From a virus, in IMG/VR virus record IMGVR_UViG_3300031853_000033, positions 3,494-67,493 of that record: a stretch of 64,000 nt of DNA. The stretch is one strand, 5' to 3'. This document shows, piece after piece, positions 40,725 to 49,461 of this stretch. How positions within the stretch are numbered: position 1 is the stretch's first letter; each line of letters starts with the position of its first letter. The position numbers and the translations under genes were made by a program. The notes beneath the pieces were generated by a model. That model was not told the DNA's origin, searched no databases, and saw only the letters and a list, made by a program, of their open reading frames with translations.

Positions 40725-41252
40725 TTATACATCATCGACAGGTATTTCGCTGGCTATCTCTTCCGGCGTCTTCTCCGCTTGTAAGGTATTAACCGGCGCC
40801 ACATCCACGCGTTGAACGTCTTCCAAACCGTCATAATTCTTTTGCCAAAATATAGCAATTGGCGGAGACAGCTTATTTTGGCTTGCCAAAGACTCCCTGT
40901 AAAGTGAAAGTCCTTTACAGGCCTTTTTTATAAGTCTAGCACATTCAGCACTTACGTTCCGCCCGTCAACACTCTTTGCCCGTCCTTCAATTACATTCTT
41001 TACATCGTTTTTATCCAGTCCCAAACATGCATATAACCCTAAATTACCCGGTTTTAGTCCTCTGGATATACATGATTCAAAATAGTTATTTATTGCTTGC
41101 TTTACCTGTAAAGGATTATCTAACATTGGATATTCACTGTTAATAACGTCTAGACACACTTCTATCATAGCTTTATTTAAATCATAGTCTATATCTACAT
41201 TTTCACCGGATATTAAACTATTCTTATAACCTTCTTTATTACCTCTACCCAT
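40725..41252 (-). CDS. Putative terminase small subunit / DNA-packaging protein.
   Basis: 175 aa with TerS-like N-terminal motif (KPGNLGLYACLGLDKNDV). Located upstream of HNH-TerL with an AT-rich leader. Confidence 0.4.
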   Translation of the reverse strand: MGRGNKEGYKNSLISGENVDIDYDLNKAMIEVCLDVINSEYPMLDNPLQVKQAINNYFESCISRGLKPGNLGLYACLGLDKNDVKNVIEGRAKSVDGRNVSAECARLIKKACKGLSLYRESLASQNKLSPPIAIFWQKNYDGLEDVQRVDVAPVNTLQAEKTPEEIASEIPVDDV

Positions 41253-41700
41253 TGTTATATAACCACCTTCTTTACATACGGAGTAATATATATATTATTC
41301 CTTTATACGATCACACTATATCTTTACTACTGGATAAAATAAAAAAGCTGTCAACTATAAAGTTATTATTATCAGGAACACTATATATAATATAATAATA
41401 TATAATAGTATTCTCAATTAACTATAACTCTATATTAACAGCTATATGTTTTAAATATCTATATTCAATTTACAGTTAATATAATTCAGATTATCATTCT
41501 TTGTCAAGTATTAAAATTCTTTAAAGGGCAGCCAAACCAAACCCGGCGCTTTTCTCGTTCCGGATCGTCCGGACGTTTGAAATATTCTCTTTTCCTGACT
41601 CGTTCCCGGAATGTTGCCCGGACCTATTGCCTGAACGTTTGGAGAAAAATGTCATTTTCTGCCGGCATTCTTTGTACGGATCGTTCTCTAAATCAGGCAA

Positions 41701-41727
41701 TAAAAAAAGGGACTTTTTACAGTCCCT
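41701..41727 (-). terminator. Rho-independent terminator after the radC-like gene.
   Basis: Perfect 7-bp stem AGGGACT/AGTCCCT with a 6-nt loop, followed on the minus strand by TTTTTTTA. Confidence 0.5.
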
Positions 41728-41846
41728 GGAATATCATTAAAGTAACAAACATTAATTCAAAACCGGCAATATAAATTATACTTTTCATCCCGTCCCCCCC
41801 GTTTAAAACAATGCAATTACAGAATCATTGTAAAATCATTATTGCA

Positions 41847-42320
41847 TTACCTCAAAATGTTATTTTCCATGAAGGAAAAATAGTTGTTACCACCTACAAT
41901 TATATGGTCAAGTACAGGTAAATCGATAATTTTTCCGGCGTCAATAATTCTTTTTGTTGCGTTTATATCACATTCCGATGGGCTGCAATCGCCTGTTGGA
42001 TGGTTATGCACTATAGTTATATTTGTCGCCCCTATCATAAGCGACTTTTGAAGAATTTCCCGAACCGGGAAAGGACTGCAATTAGTCGACCCGTGCGACG
42101 CTTCGAAAAGCCCTATTAATTTACATTTTGTATTCAGGCATAAAATATAAACAAATTCATCCGAACATTCAGATAAGCCGACTTCATAAAGCATAAACCG
42201 CGCTATATCCTCCGGATTCGTAAACGCGCGGCGCCCGTCAATATTGTAAGTCGTGTTTGTTTCTTTTACATACGGCAAAAAACCGGATTCTAAAACTCCT
42301 TTATATTCCTTCACTTTCAT
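41847..42320 (-). CDS. RadC-like JAB-domain protein (DUF2466).
   Basis: JAB metalloprotease motif ITIVHNHPTGDCSPSECD...LDHIIVG. Confidence 0.75.
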   Translation of the reverse strand: MKVKEYKGVLESGFLPYVKETNTTYNIDGRRAFTNPEDIARFMLYEVGLSECSDEFVYILCLNTKCKLIGLFEASHGSTNCSPFPVREILQKSLMIGATNITIVHNHPTGDCSPSECDINATKRIIDAGKIIDLPVLDHIIVGGNNYFSFMENNILR

Positions 42321-42335
42321 TTTTGCCGCCCTTTT

Positions 42336-42737
42336 TTATAAAATATAATCATTCACAACAAAACTTATGCCGGAATATTTGTCTATCACTTCATCATCTT
42401 GCGGAGTCTTCCATGAATCCCACTCGTCCGAAAAATATAATTCCTGCCGGAGTGTTTCAAAAAATCCCGGAATGTTATTCTTGATATAGTGAATATCAAA
42501 ATAATCAAGTGAATAAATCCAGTCGTCTAGCAATTCCTCTACTCTTGTATTGATATATGCCGCAAATTGCGCCGGCGTTCCGCCCGGAAACTCCTCCTCA
42601 AATGATTCTTTTAAAGTCTCTTCCACCTCCCACACTGACCACTTAAAACCCTTGTAAAAGATTTCAGGATCGGCCCACTCGTTATAAAAAACATAATCAA
42701 TGTTTTCGTTACCGCAATAATTGTTATATCGTTTCAT
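42336..42737 (-). CDS. Highly acidic hypothetical protein (candidate DNA mimic / anti-defence).
   Basis: 133 aa with about 28 D/E versus 10 K/R. Sits in the ardA operon. Confidence 0.4.
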   Translation of the reverse strand: MKRYNNYCGNENIDYVFYNEWADPEIFYKGFKWSVWEVEETLKESFEEEFPGGTPAQFAAYINTRVEELLDDWIYSLDYFDIHYIKNNIPGFFETLRQELYFSDEWDSWKTPQDDEVIDKYSGISFVVNDYIL

Positions 42738-42813
42738 GTTTTTACCTCCTCATTTTTTTGTAAATCCCACGCCCGGCAATGAGCCGGTTCCGATCCTCTC
42801 ACGTGGGAAAAAA

Positions 42814-43386
42814 TTATGCTATTTTGCTGATACGTCTGTTTACTTCATTGACGTTATAAACGTCATATTTATTGTCAATCCCGTTTTTGTTTACAGGAAG
42901 AATCATTACCGCGATATCATTGTTAAAGTTAGACAATATTGGCGTTCTATAGTTTGTCCCGATCCATGCGCCGGTCTGATTAAAGCACTTTAAATTGCTG
43001 TAATATAAATCGTTTATAAAGACTCTTTCCCCGTCCGCGGTAAAGCAGACACGTAAATCAATATTATTCTGTTCTACTTCCAGCTTATACGGAGTAATGT
43101 CCAGTACCGCGCCGGTTGCCGGAATGAGCTTTTCAAACTCGTATCTAGTGCATTCTGTCGGTAACTCATTTTTGTTATTTGCTCTAACCGTCTGACCGTC
43201 CTGCAAATCAATGAAACGCGGGGACGCAATGCGGAATACTGCATTGTACATTCCAGGATTGATTTTTACGAGAATATGCCCGTCACATATATAAATCTTT
43301 TCACCGTCACGCTGTAAAATCAGCGTATCGCATTTTGCTAACCATTTGGCCGCCCGCTTTTCATCTGCTAAAAATCCTTTTGCCAT
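42814..43386 (-). CDS. Hypothetical protein in the anti-restriction operon.
   Basis: 190-aa ORF. No recognisable motif. Confidence 0.4.
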   Translation of the reverse strand: MAKGFLADEKRAAKWLAKCDTLILQRDGEKIYICDGHILVKINPGMYNAVFRIASPRFIDLQDGQTVRANNKNELPTECTRYEFEKLIPATGAVLDITPYKLEVEQNNIDLRVCFTADGERVFINDLYYSNLKCFNQTGAWIGTNYRTPILSNFNNDIAVMILPVNKNGIDNKYDVYNVNEVNRRISKIA

Positions 43387-43561
43387 TGTTTAAAATCTCC
43401 TTTTCTTGATAAATATTTTTTTGGCTAAATCCCCGGTTGCAATTGAAAGCCACGCCTGAAGCGCCGGGGAAAGACTTATAAAACTGTTAACTTATACGCT
43501 ATTCTTGCCGGAAAGAAGCGACGAAAGAACATGTATTTTTTGTTTAGTTTTTCCATCCTAC

Positions 43562-44095
43562 TCATGCCACTACCTCATAAATGTTTCCGCTTTCGCTAAC
43601 ATAAAAACGCCCTTCCAGCATGATGTCCCGGCCGTATGCTTCAAAGTCGAAATAATTAATTATGTCTTTCGGAATATTGAGGCATCCGATTTCGATTGCA
43701 AATGCATATCCAACTGCGTGCTCTTCTGACTCCGATCCTTGCGTTGTGGTTATGTAAAGCACGTCGTTTAAGTTTTCTTTGATCTCTTCCGCCGTGTCAT
43801 AGCCGTAATAAATCAGCGCCGCCGCCGCTTCCTCGTTACCGTCCAGCACTTCCGCAAGTTTGTTCAAATCGTCCAGATTGTCATACTCTCCGATTTTCAG
43901 CCCGTCAATATCCGTCTCATAGTCAGTTATAAAATACTCTTCGTAATAATTGCCGTCTTCGTCCGGCTCCTCACTGATTCCGATCCTGTTTAATACGTCT
44001 TCAATCTCTTTATCAGTTGCCGGAAGCTCTAACCATTCTCCGATTAAATATCCTTCGTTGTACTTGCCTAAATTCGTTAAATAAATTCTAATCAT
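43562..44095 (-). CDS. ardA: Antirestriction protein ArdA.
   Basis: Start at internal ATG (RBS AAAGGAGAA). MIRIYLTNLGKYNEGYLIGEWLELP... matches the ArdA N-terminus (MKIYVANLGKYNEG). Acidic, 177 aa. Confidence 0.8.
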   Translation of the reverse strand: MIRIYLTNLGKYNEGYLIGEWLELPATDKEIEDVLNRIGISEEPDEDGNYYEEYFITDYETDIDGLKIGEYDNLDDLNKLAEVLDGNEEAAAALIYYGYDTAEEIKENLNDVLYITTTQGSESEEHAVGYAFAIEIGCLNIPKDIINYFDFEAYGRDIMLEGRFYVSESGNIYEVVA

Positions 44096-44229
44096 TGCTT
44101 TATTCTCCTTTTCTTTATTGATCATTGTTTTCGCTGCCTGGAATACTATCCTGCTTTCATCATCGGAACCGGCGCTAAGCACGTTCCCGATGGTTACTTG
44201 CTTTTATTGTATCCCTTTTTGATAGTATC

Positions 44230-44258
44230 ATTATACCTAATTCTAGGTAGTTTGTCAA
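44230..44258 (-). promoter_or_regulatory. Consensus sigma70 promoter driving the ardA operon.
   Basis: Minus strand: TTGACA, 17-nt spacer, TATAAT. The -35 lies inside the inverted repeat GTCAACCTAA. Confidence 0.55.
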
Positions 44259-44349
44259 CCTAAATTTAGTTATTAAATTAAATTTACTATTTACTAAATC
44301 TAGGTGCATTCTTTCCTATTATATGTAATTGCATACACCTATTGTTAGG

Positions 44350-44379
44350 TTGACACGCTTTAATATTTCATGGTAATAT
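44350..44379 (+). promoter_or_regulatory. Consensus-like sigma70 promoter for the HTH regulator gene.
   Basis: TTGACA (44350-44355), 18-nt spacer, TAATAT. The -35 lies inside the partner inverted repeat TTAGGTTGAC. Confidence 0.5.
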
Positions 44380-44427
44380 ATAGGCGTAAAATTCTATCTG
44401 TATTCATTCCCGGAAAGAAGGTGTATT

Positions 44428-44649
44428 ATGTTTGTATATAAAGTTGATGTTATGGAAAGATTAAAGAAAAAAGGATACACAAGAAAGGAATTGCAGGAAG
44501 TACACAAAATAGGTAACTCCCAATTCGATAAAATTTACGCCGGCGAAGTAGTCGGTATTAAAGTACTGGATAAACTTTGTACATTATTGGAATGTCAACC
44601 CGGGACGCTGATAAAACATGTTCCGGACGGTAAAACGACAGAAAAGTAA
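44428..44649 (+). CDS. Small Cro/C1-type HTH regulator (HTH_26/YozG-like).
   Basis: 73 aa. ...KELQEVHKIGNSQFDKIYAGEVVGIKVLDKLCTLLECQPGTLIKH. Confidence 0.7.
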   Translation: MFVYKVDVMERLKKKGYTRKELQEVHKIGNSQFDKIYAGEVVGIKVLDKLCTLLECQPGTLIKHVPDGKTTEK

Positions 44650-45567
44650 ATACCGATCCACGCCGGGAATATTCTCTTTTCCTGTTTTCCAATGATCACG
44701 CCGGCGCCGGATTGTTTCGGACGTTTCGAACGTTCCCGGCGTTGTTTGCGGTACCGGTGTGCCCTTGCGACAGGTCAGGCGTTTACAGGTGGAAGTGCGT
44801 CCTTTTTTCGGACGTTCCAGGTGGAATGATCAGCTGCAGCGCCGCCGGGACGTTTTGTGCGACTTTTTGACCGGATCCGACAGGTCCGGCGATCCCTGGG
44901 CAATCACCGGGCATTTTGTGTGACTTTTCGGAGTCGGTTAGCACCTCGTGCGCGTACACGAGAGAAGCTGTCCCAGATCACGGGGCGGCTTCTTTTTGGT
45001 GAGCACTTTACGCGCGTACGATCACGACCAGGGCAAAATCCAGGGCGAACCCGGGATGAACCAGAGAGAGCACCGCAGATGACCTTCTCGCGCGTGTCGG
45101 CTGTGCTCGGGTGTATGCGAATGCGTAGGATGCCGTTTCTTACTGTGGATGCTTAATAGAATAGGGCATTTTTGGGCATAAGTGGTCGCAGGTGTATATT
45201 TTATCCACCGCACCTACTTACGTGTCTAAAACAGGCTCCTGCGTGTGTTTACGGGCATTGTACGTGCCGTGGCTGCTCCACTGTGTACGTGACCGCATGA
45301 CATGTATGTGTATGGCTCTGCTCCGCATGTGTGACGGCTCAGAAATTTCAAAATTCAAATCTCAAAATTCTACCGAAATACCAGAAAAGTTTTTTCTTTG
45401 CGGCATCCGCAGAAATTTTACGGATAAGGCGTATGATTTTTGCGGAATCTCAAAATCTGCCGCTTTAACTGCCGGATACGAAATTCTTTTTCGAAAATCG
45501 GCACAAAATGTTCCAAAATGCAAATTTCAATTTCATATTTCCCAGACCACAGTTTGATTTCCGCAAA

Positions 45568-45700
45568 GTACCCCTCGTTTAAAATTCGCATGTATCCGGG
45601 CGAGTCCGGTACCCTTCGTAAAGTACCCCTCCTTTAAAATTTCGGCATACATCCGCGAGTCCGGCACCCCTCGTTTGATTTTTGGATACTCCGTAGGAGG
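45568..45700. repeat. Tandem ~41-nt direct repeats (two full copies plus partial copies).
   Basis: GTACCCCTCGTTTAAAATTCGCATGTATCCGGGCGAGTCCG then GTACCCCTCCTTTAAAATTTCGGCATACATCCGCGAGTCCG, with a third partial copy. Confidence 0.75.
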
Positions 45701-45792
45701 GTAGGACGGTCTGAAAGCGAGGCGCTTGGGCTTACACAGATAGCCTTCGCGCACGAAAAAGGAGCCTCGGAAAGTGAGACTCCTTTAATTTT

Positions 45793-46074
45793 TTATGCTG
45801 TCTTTTTAACCCTTATACGCTCAAACTCATCCCATGCGAATGACCGGCAATATCTTTTTGGCAATTCCAATGTCACGAAACACTTGTCCACGGCTCTCAC
45901 GATGCATCTTACCGGCTTTTCTTTATCATCACCACCGAGCGGACTGTACATAATTGTTACGGTCATCCATTCACGTACATCGTGTTTTCTCCGCATTTCG
46001 TTTTTGATCCTTTTGTAGAATTTTTCCTGCCCGTCTACGACCCCGTAATCCAAATCTGAGAATATAGCGATCAC
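45793..46074 (-). CDS. Hypothetical protein.
   Basis: 93-aa ORF at the distal end of the replication-module operon. Confidence 0.4.
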   Translation of the reverse strand: MIAIFSDLDYGVVDGQEKFYKRIKNEMRRKHDVREWMTVTIMYSPLGGDDKEKPVRCIVRAVDKCFVTLELPKRYCRSFAWDEFERIRVKKTA

Positions 46075-46277
46075 TCCCTTTCGTATAATTTTCCGTCATC
46101 GATATTCAATGGCGGTTTCTCACTCGATGCGCCACCGTTCATGTAATGGCAAAATCTGCAAGCTGCCAGTAAATCTTCCTTGGTATTACCATCTGTTACG
46201 AGAATCGTGATAAACGTACTGTCCGGTCGGTAATATCCGACATGATAACCGGCACTGCCTTTTCTTATTACCCACAT
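46071..46277 (-). CDS. Hypothetical protein.
   Basis: 68-aa ORF with ATGA overlap to the downstream gene. RBS GGAAAGGAACAGAA. Confidence 0.4.
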   Translation of the reverse strand: MWVIRKGSAGYHVGYYRPDSTFITILVTDGNTKEDLLAACRFCHYMNGGASSEKPPLNIDDGKLYERE

Positions 46278-46469
46278 TTTTCTGTTCCTTTCCGGAAAGC
46301 ACCCCTCCTTTGAAATTTGAGCATCTCTCAGGAGGGTGCCACCCTTGCTCCGTATTTCTTTACAGGAAGCCGTTTTGAGACATATATATGTCTTACCCTA
46401 CCAATTTATCGTCTAAAGGGAGTTATGCGTCTAAAACAGCTTCCTGTCTTTTAAAATCAGACGTAGAAT

Positions 46470-46646
46470 TCATTTCAGCGCATCCATGAGTGCAGGTTTG
46501 ATGTCATGCTCCACAAGAATGTAAAATTCTTTCCACATTTTCCTGCGTTCCTCGTTGGGATCTGTTATGTGCTTTATGCGGTACACGTTCGCCATCTGCG
46601 TCAGCTTCTCTTCTACGATTTTCTTGGCATTCTTGACATCTTCCAT
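46470..46646 (-). CDS. Hypothetical small protein (58 aa).
   Basis: Hand-translated ORF MEDVKNAKKIVEEKLTQMANVYRIKH... with AAAGGAG RBS. Absent from the six-frame track (below its length cut-off). Confidence 0.3.
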   Translation of the reverse strand: MEDVKNAKKIVEEKLTQMANVYRIKHITDPNEERRKMWKEFYILVEHDIKPALMDALK

Positions 46647-46658
46647 AGCACCGCTCCT

Positions 46659-47765
46659 TTAATTTATGTTGACCGGGAGAACCACGTACATATATGTCTT
46701 CTCCTCATCTTCAATAATTGTCGGAGATTTATGGTTCATCATCCCGAGAGTCACTACATCGTCATCAATTGCTTTGAGCGCATCCATCAGGAATCTCGGA
46801 TTGAAACCGATACGGATATCATCTCCGATTTTTTCGATGTCAATGGCATCAGAGGTACTGCCGAGTGCCGTGACCGCATCCAGTCGCAGCTCCTTATCGT
46901 CAACCGTAACCACCAGTGGCTTTTTCAGCTTATCTTCTACGATTGCCGTGGATCTGCCGATTGCATCGAGAAGGTCTTTCCTGTTTGCCGTTACTTTTAT
47001 CGGAGTATCGGCCTTGGCAATTTTATCCACATCGAAGTATTCACCTTCAATCACCCTGGTATTTACAATCGTGCTGCCGAATCGGAAGATGACATTTCCG
47101 GTTTCAATTGACACATCCATCGTATCTCCGTCAGCAATCTTAGCTACCTCGTTCAGAGACTTGACCGGAATAATGACTTTCGCATTCTGCCCCTCGTTTG
47201 AATCCAGGTATATCCTGCGGAGTCCTATGCGGTGACCGTCAAGTGCTGTTACGGTCATGGCATCTCCGTCAAATGTGATGCACTCACCTTCCATCATCCT
47301 CATACTGCCGTCCTGAGTGGTGCAGAAATTTGTGCCTGCAATCGCTCTGCAAAATTCGTATACGGGAACCTCGAAATGTACCCCTGTTTTTTCTTTTGGA
47401 AGTCCTACAAAATCCTCCGCAGGTTTGCCCGGAATGTTGAATTTCGCCTTGCCGGATCTGATGACCGTATTGAGTTTTTCCTCATCGCAATCGACTTTGA
47501 TGTCTCCATTTGAGAATCCGTTTACGATATTCGTGAACAGCTTACCGTCAAGAGCGACACAGCCATGTTCGATAATATCCGCAGGAGCCGTAGTCGAAAT
47601 CGCAAGTTCCAAATCGTTGCAGACCAGTTCGATTTCGGAATCGCCGTTTGTTTTGATCAGGACGCAATCGAGAATCGGATTGGTCATGTTATTCTTGCTC
47701 GACAATGCTCTTGTGGCAATCTTCAGAGCAGCTGCCAGATCCTTTTTATCGCAGATGAATTTCAA
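46659..47765 (-). CDS. dnaN: DNA polymerase III beta sliding clamp.
   Basis: 368 aa with typical DnaN N-terminus (KFICDKKDLAAALKIATRALSSKNNMTNPILDCVLI). TTG start with AAGGAGGGG RBS. Confidence 0.85.
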   Translation of the reverse strand: MKFICDKKDLAAALKIATRALSSKNNMTNPILDCVLIKTNGDSEIELVCNDLELAISTTAPADIIEHGCVALDGKLFTNIVNGFSNGDIKVDCDEEKLNTVIRSGKAKFNIPGKPAEDFVGLPKEKTGVHFEVPVYEFCRAIAGTNFCTTQDGSMRMMEGECITFDGDAMTVTALDGHRIGLRRIYLDSNEGQNAKVIIPVKSLNEVAKIADGDTMDVSIETGNVIFRFGSTIVNTRVIEGEYFDVDKIAKADTPIKVTANRKDLLDAIGRSTAIVEDKLKKPLVVTVDDKELRLDAVTALGSTSDAIDIEKIGDDIRIGFNPRFLMDALKAIDDDVVTLGMMNHKSPTIIEDEEKTYMYVVLPVNIN

Positions 47766-47780
47766 AACGTACCCCTCCTT

Positions 47781-48209
47781 TTATAATTTTCCGGTCGAAC
47801 CCACGCCGCCTCTGTCGGGGTTACCAAGCGTCACCACTTCATCGAATTCTACCTTCGGCTGATGTTTGATAATGCGGAACTGGCAGATCCTCTCATTTTT
47901 TGGAATCACCGTATCTTCCAGGGCATAAGCAAGAAACTGCCAAATGTCGTTATCACCCTTGTAAGATTCATCTATCACTCCCATACTGTTAGCGAGAATG
48001 ACATGATATTTCTTGTAGGTGGAAGACCTCGGAAGAACCAGTGCTTCGTATCCTTCGGGGAGTTCCATTGAAACTCCCAAGGATATCATCTTGTATTCGC
48101 CTTTCTTCAACTCGACCGTTTCGGCAGCGCGTAAATCCGTCCAGTTCCCTTGCGGAATCATCTCGATCCTGTCTATATCTGAATGGTATTTAACCTTAAT
48201 TGTCTTCAA
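47781..48209 (-). CDS. dut: dUTP diphosphatase.
   Basis: Conserved motifs including C-terminal RGGVGSTG and the VIDESYKG region. Confidence 0.85.
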   Translation of the reverse strand: MKTIKVKYHSDIDRIEMIPQGNWTDLRAAETVELKKGEYKMISLGVSMELPEGYEALVLPRSSTYKKYHVILANSMGVIDESYKGDNDIWQFLAYALEDTVIPKNERICQFRIIKHQPKVEFDEVVTLGNPDRGGVGSTGKL

Positions 48210-48228
48210 AATCTATCCCTCCTTTAAA

Positions 48229-48420
48229 TTATTTTTCGTCATCCTCAAGGCTACGTACCATATCACACATCTCGTCATCATCGGTACGGATGTACATATC
48301 TCCTTCCTTGTGAAGCGGAGACAAGGCAATGCTGATTGCGAGTGCTGTGACAAGGATGAGAACGATGGTTCCGGCGAAATTTAAAGGTGTGCTTAATATG
48401 AACTGTAATAATTCTGTCAT
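48229..48420 (-). CDS. Small membrane protein.
   Basis: 63 aa with one TM helix (AGTIVLILVTALAISIALS). Confidence 0.4.
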   Translation of the reverse strand: MTELLQFILSTPLNFAGTIVLILVTALAISIALSPLHKEGDMYIRTDDDEMCDMVRSLEDDEK

Positions 48421-49124
48421 TTGATTATCTCCTTTACGTACGGTAAATTTTTGAGGATCTCTACGAAATCATTCCATTCATCCAAACGATGTCCGGACCT
48501 TTCGTCAATTATCTTGACCACCACTTCGTAGGACATCATGATTGTGCGCTTCTGATTGTAGGATGAAGGAAGGAGCTGGATGAGCTGCCACCAATACGCT
48601 TTATCCTTCGTTTCCAGATATTTTTCTCTGTAAAAATTCAGCAACTCAATAAGGCACATCATCATCGTGTCTGATTTTAACTTTACAGAGGTCGATTCAA
48701 GTTCGATGGCGTAGCCGCCGGGATCACTTGCCGATACTCTTTTAATCGGCTCGAAATCGCCGAATAAATGTTCATAGCTGAAATCATCCAAAACAAACTC
48801 TTTCGCATGGATCTTGTGCATCGTACTGGTACTTACCTGTGCCTTGCCGATGGTGTAACGATCAGCTTCTTTCCACCAATATAGTGGTGCGGTCACATCC
48901 ATCCACACATTAATCATCCGCAGATATGTCCTGTGCGGTACACCGGCTTTGTACAGTTTCTTTGCCAGAGTCATGTCGTTTTCTCCGATGAAGAAATCCT
49001 GTTTCATGTTGGTGTAGTTTCTTCTTGTGAAGCTGTCGGACTTATTCCAGCTGTTCATCGGATTCCTGGAAGCCCTCACTGCATGTTCAAGTCCGTATAC
49101 ATCAATATTCTCTACCTTAATCAT
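48417..49124 (-). CDS. Hypothetical protein, possibly ThyX-like (FAD-dependent thymidylate synthase family).
   Basis: N-terminus (IKVENIDVYGLEHAVRASRNPMNS) resembles the ThyX start. No clear RHR-x7-S motif. Nucleotide-metabolism neighbourhood. Confidence 0.3.
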   Translation of the reverse strand: MIKVENIDVYGLEHAVRASRNPMNSWNKSDSFTRRNYTNMKQDFFIGENDMTLAKKLYKAGVPHRTYLRMINVWMDVTAPLYWWKEADRYTIGKAQVSTSTMHKIHAKEFVLDDFSYEHLFGDFEPIKRVSASDPGGYAIELESTSVKLKSDTMMMCLIELLNFYREKYLETKDKAYWWQLIQLLPSSYNQKRTIMMSYEVVVKIIDERSGHRLDEWNDFVEILKNLPYVKEIIK

Positions 49125-49461
49125 CTTTCCCTATCCTCTGTATCTCATGCTCGATATAAAACATTGCCTTGCCCAGATCTTCTGCTGTCTTCTCGGGATC
49201 TTTCCTTCCTGCACGGCAGATGTATTTAATTGCGTTTCCAAGATTGAAATTGAGGTTCTGGTCTTCAATAAAATCTATTACCTCAATCTTGCCGTAGTTG
49301 TAATGCGAAGGATGGTTTATCGCATCCTCATTAACTTTGATTTCTTCCATGTTGCTGTTCTCCCACTTCTTACATTCCCATTTATCGCTTATCATGAATC
49401 CCAGTCTGTCGCACAGACCGTTATCGTTGTAAACACAGGTGCTACATCCCTTGGCAATCAC
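49117..49461 (-). CDS. DUF3310-family phage protein.
   Basis: Motif INHPSHYNYGKIEVIDFIED typical of DUF3310. Confidence 0.5.
   Translation of the reverse strand: MIAKGCSTCVYNDNGLCDRLGFMISDKWECKKWENSNMEEIKVNEDAINHPSHYNYGKIEVIDFIEDQNLNFNLGNAIKYICRAGRKDPEKTAEDLGKAMFYIEHEIQRIGKDD

Noticed and set aside
41786-41798. Second C7 homopolymer (cccgtcccccccg) as a phase-variation tract.
   Set aside because: It lies in non-coding DNA between the terminator and the radC-like gene. No ORF is affected, unlike the C7 tract at 50828-50834.
44857-45557. Six-frame ORFs in the GC-rich intergenic block (99-aa and 121-aa plus-strand, 63-aa minus-strand).
   Set aside because: Arg/Pro-rich low-complexity translations typical of GC-rich non-coding DNA. 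No RBS. They overlap palindromes and iterons.
48417-49124. Confident call of ORF 48417..49124 as thymidylate synthase ThyX.
   Set aside because: Only the N-terminal region resembles ThyX and I could not find the RHR-x7-S catalytic motif. It is left as a low-confidence ThyX-like hypothetical.
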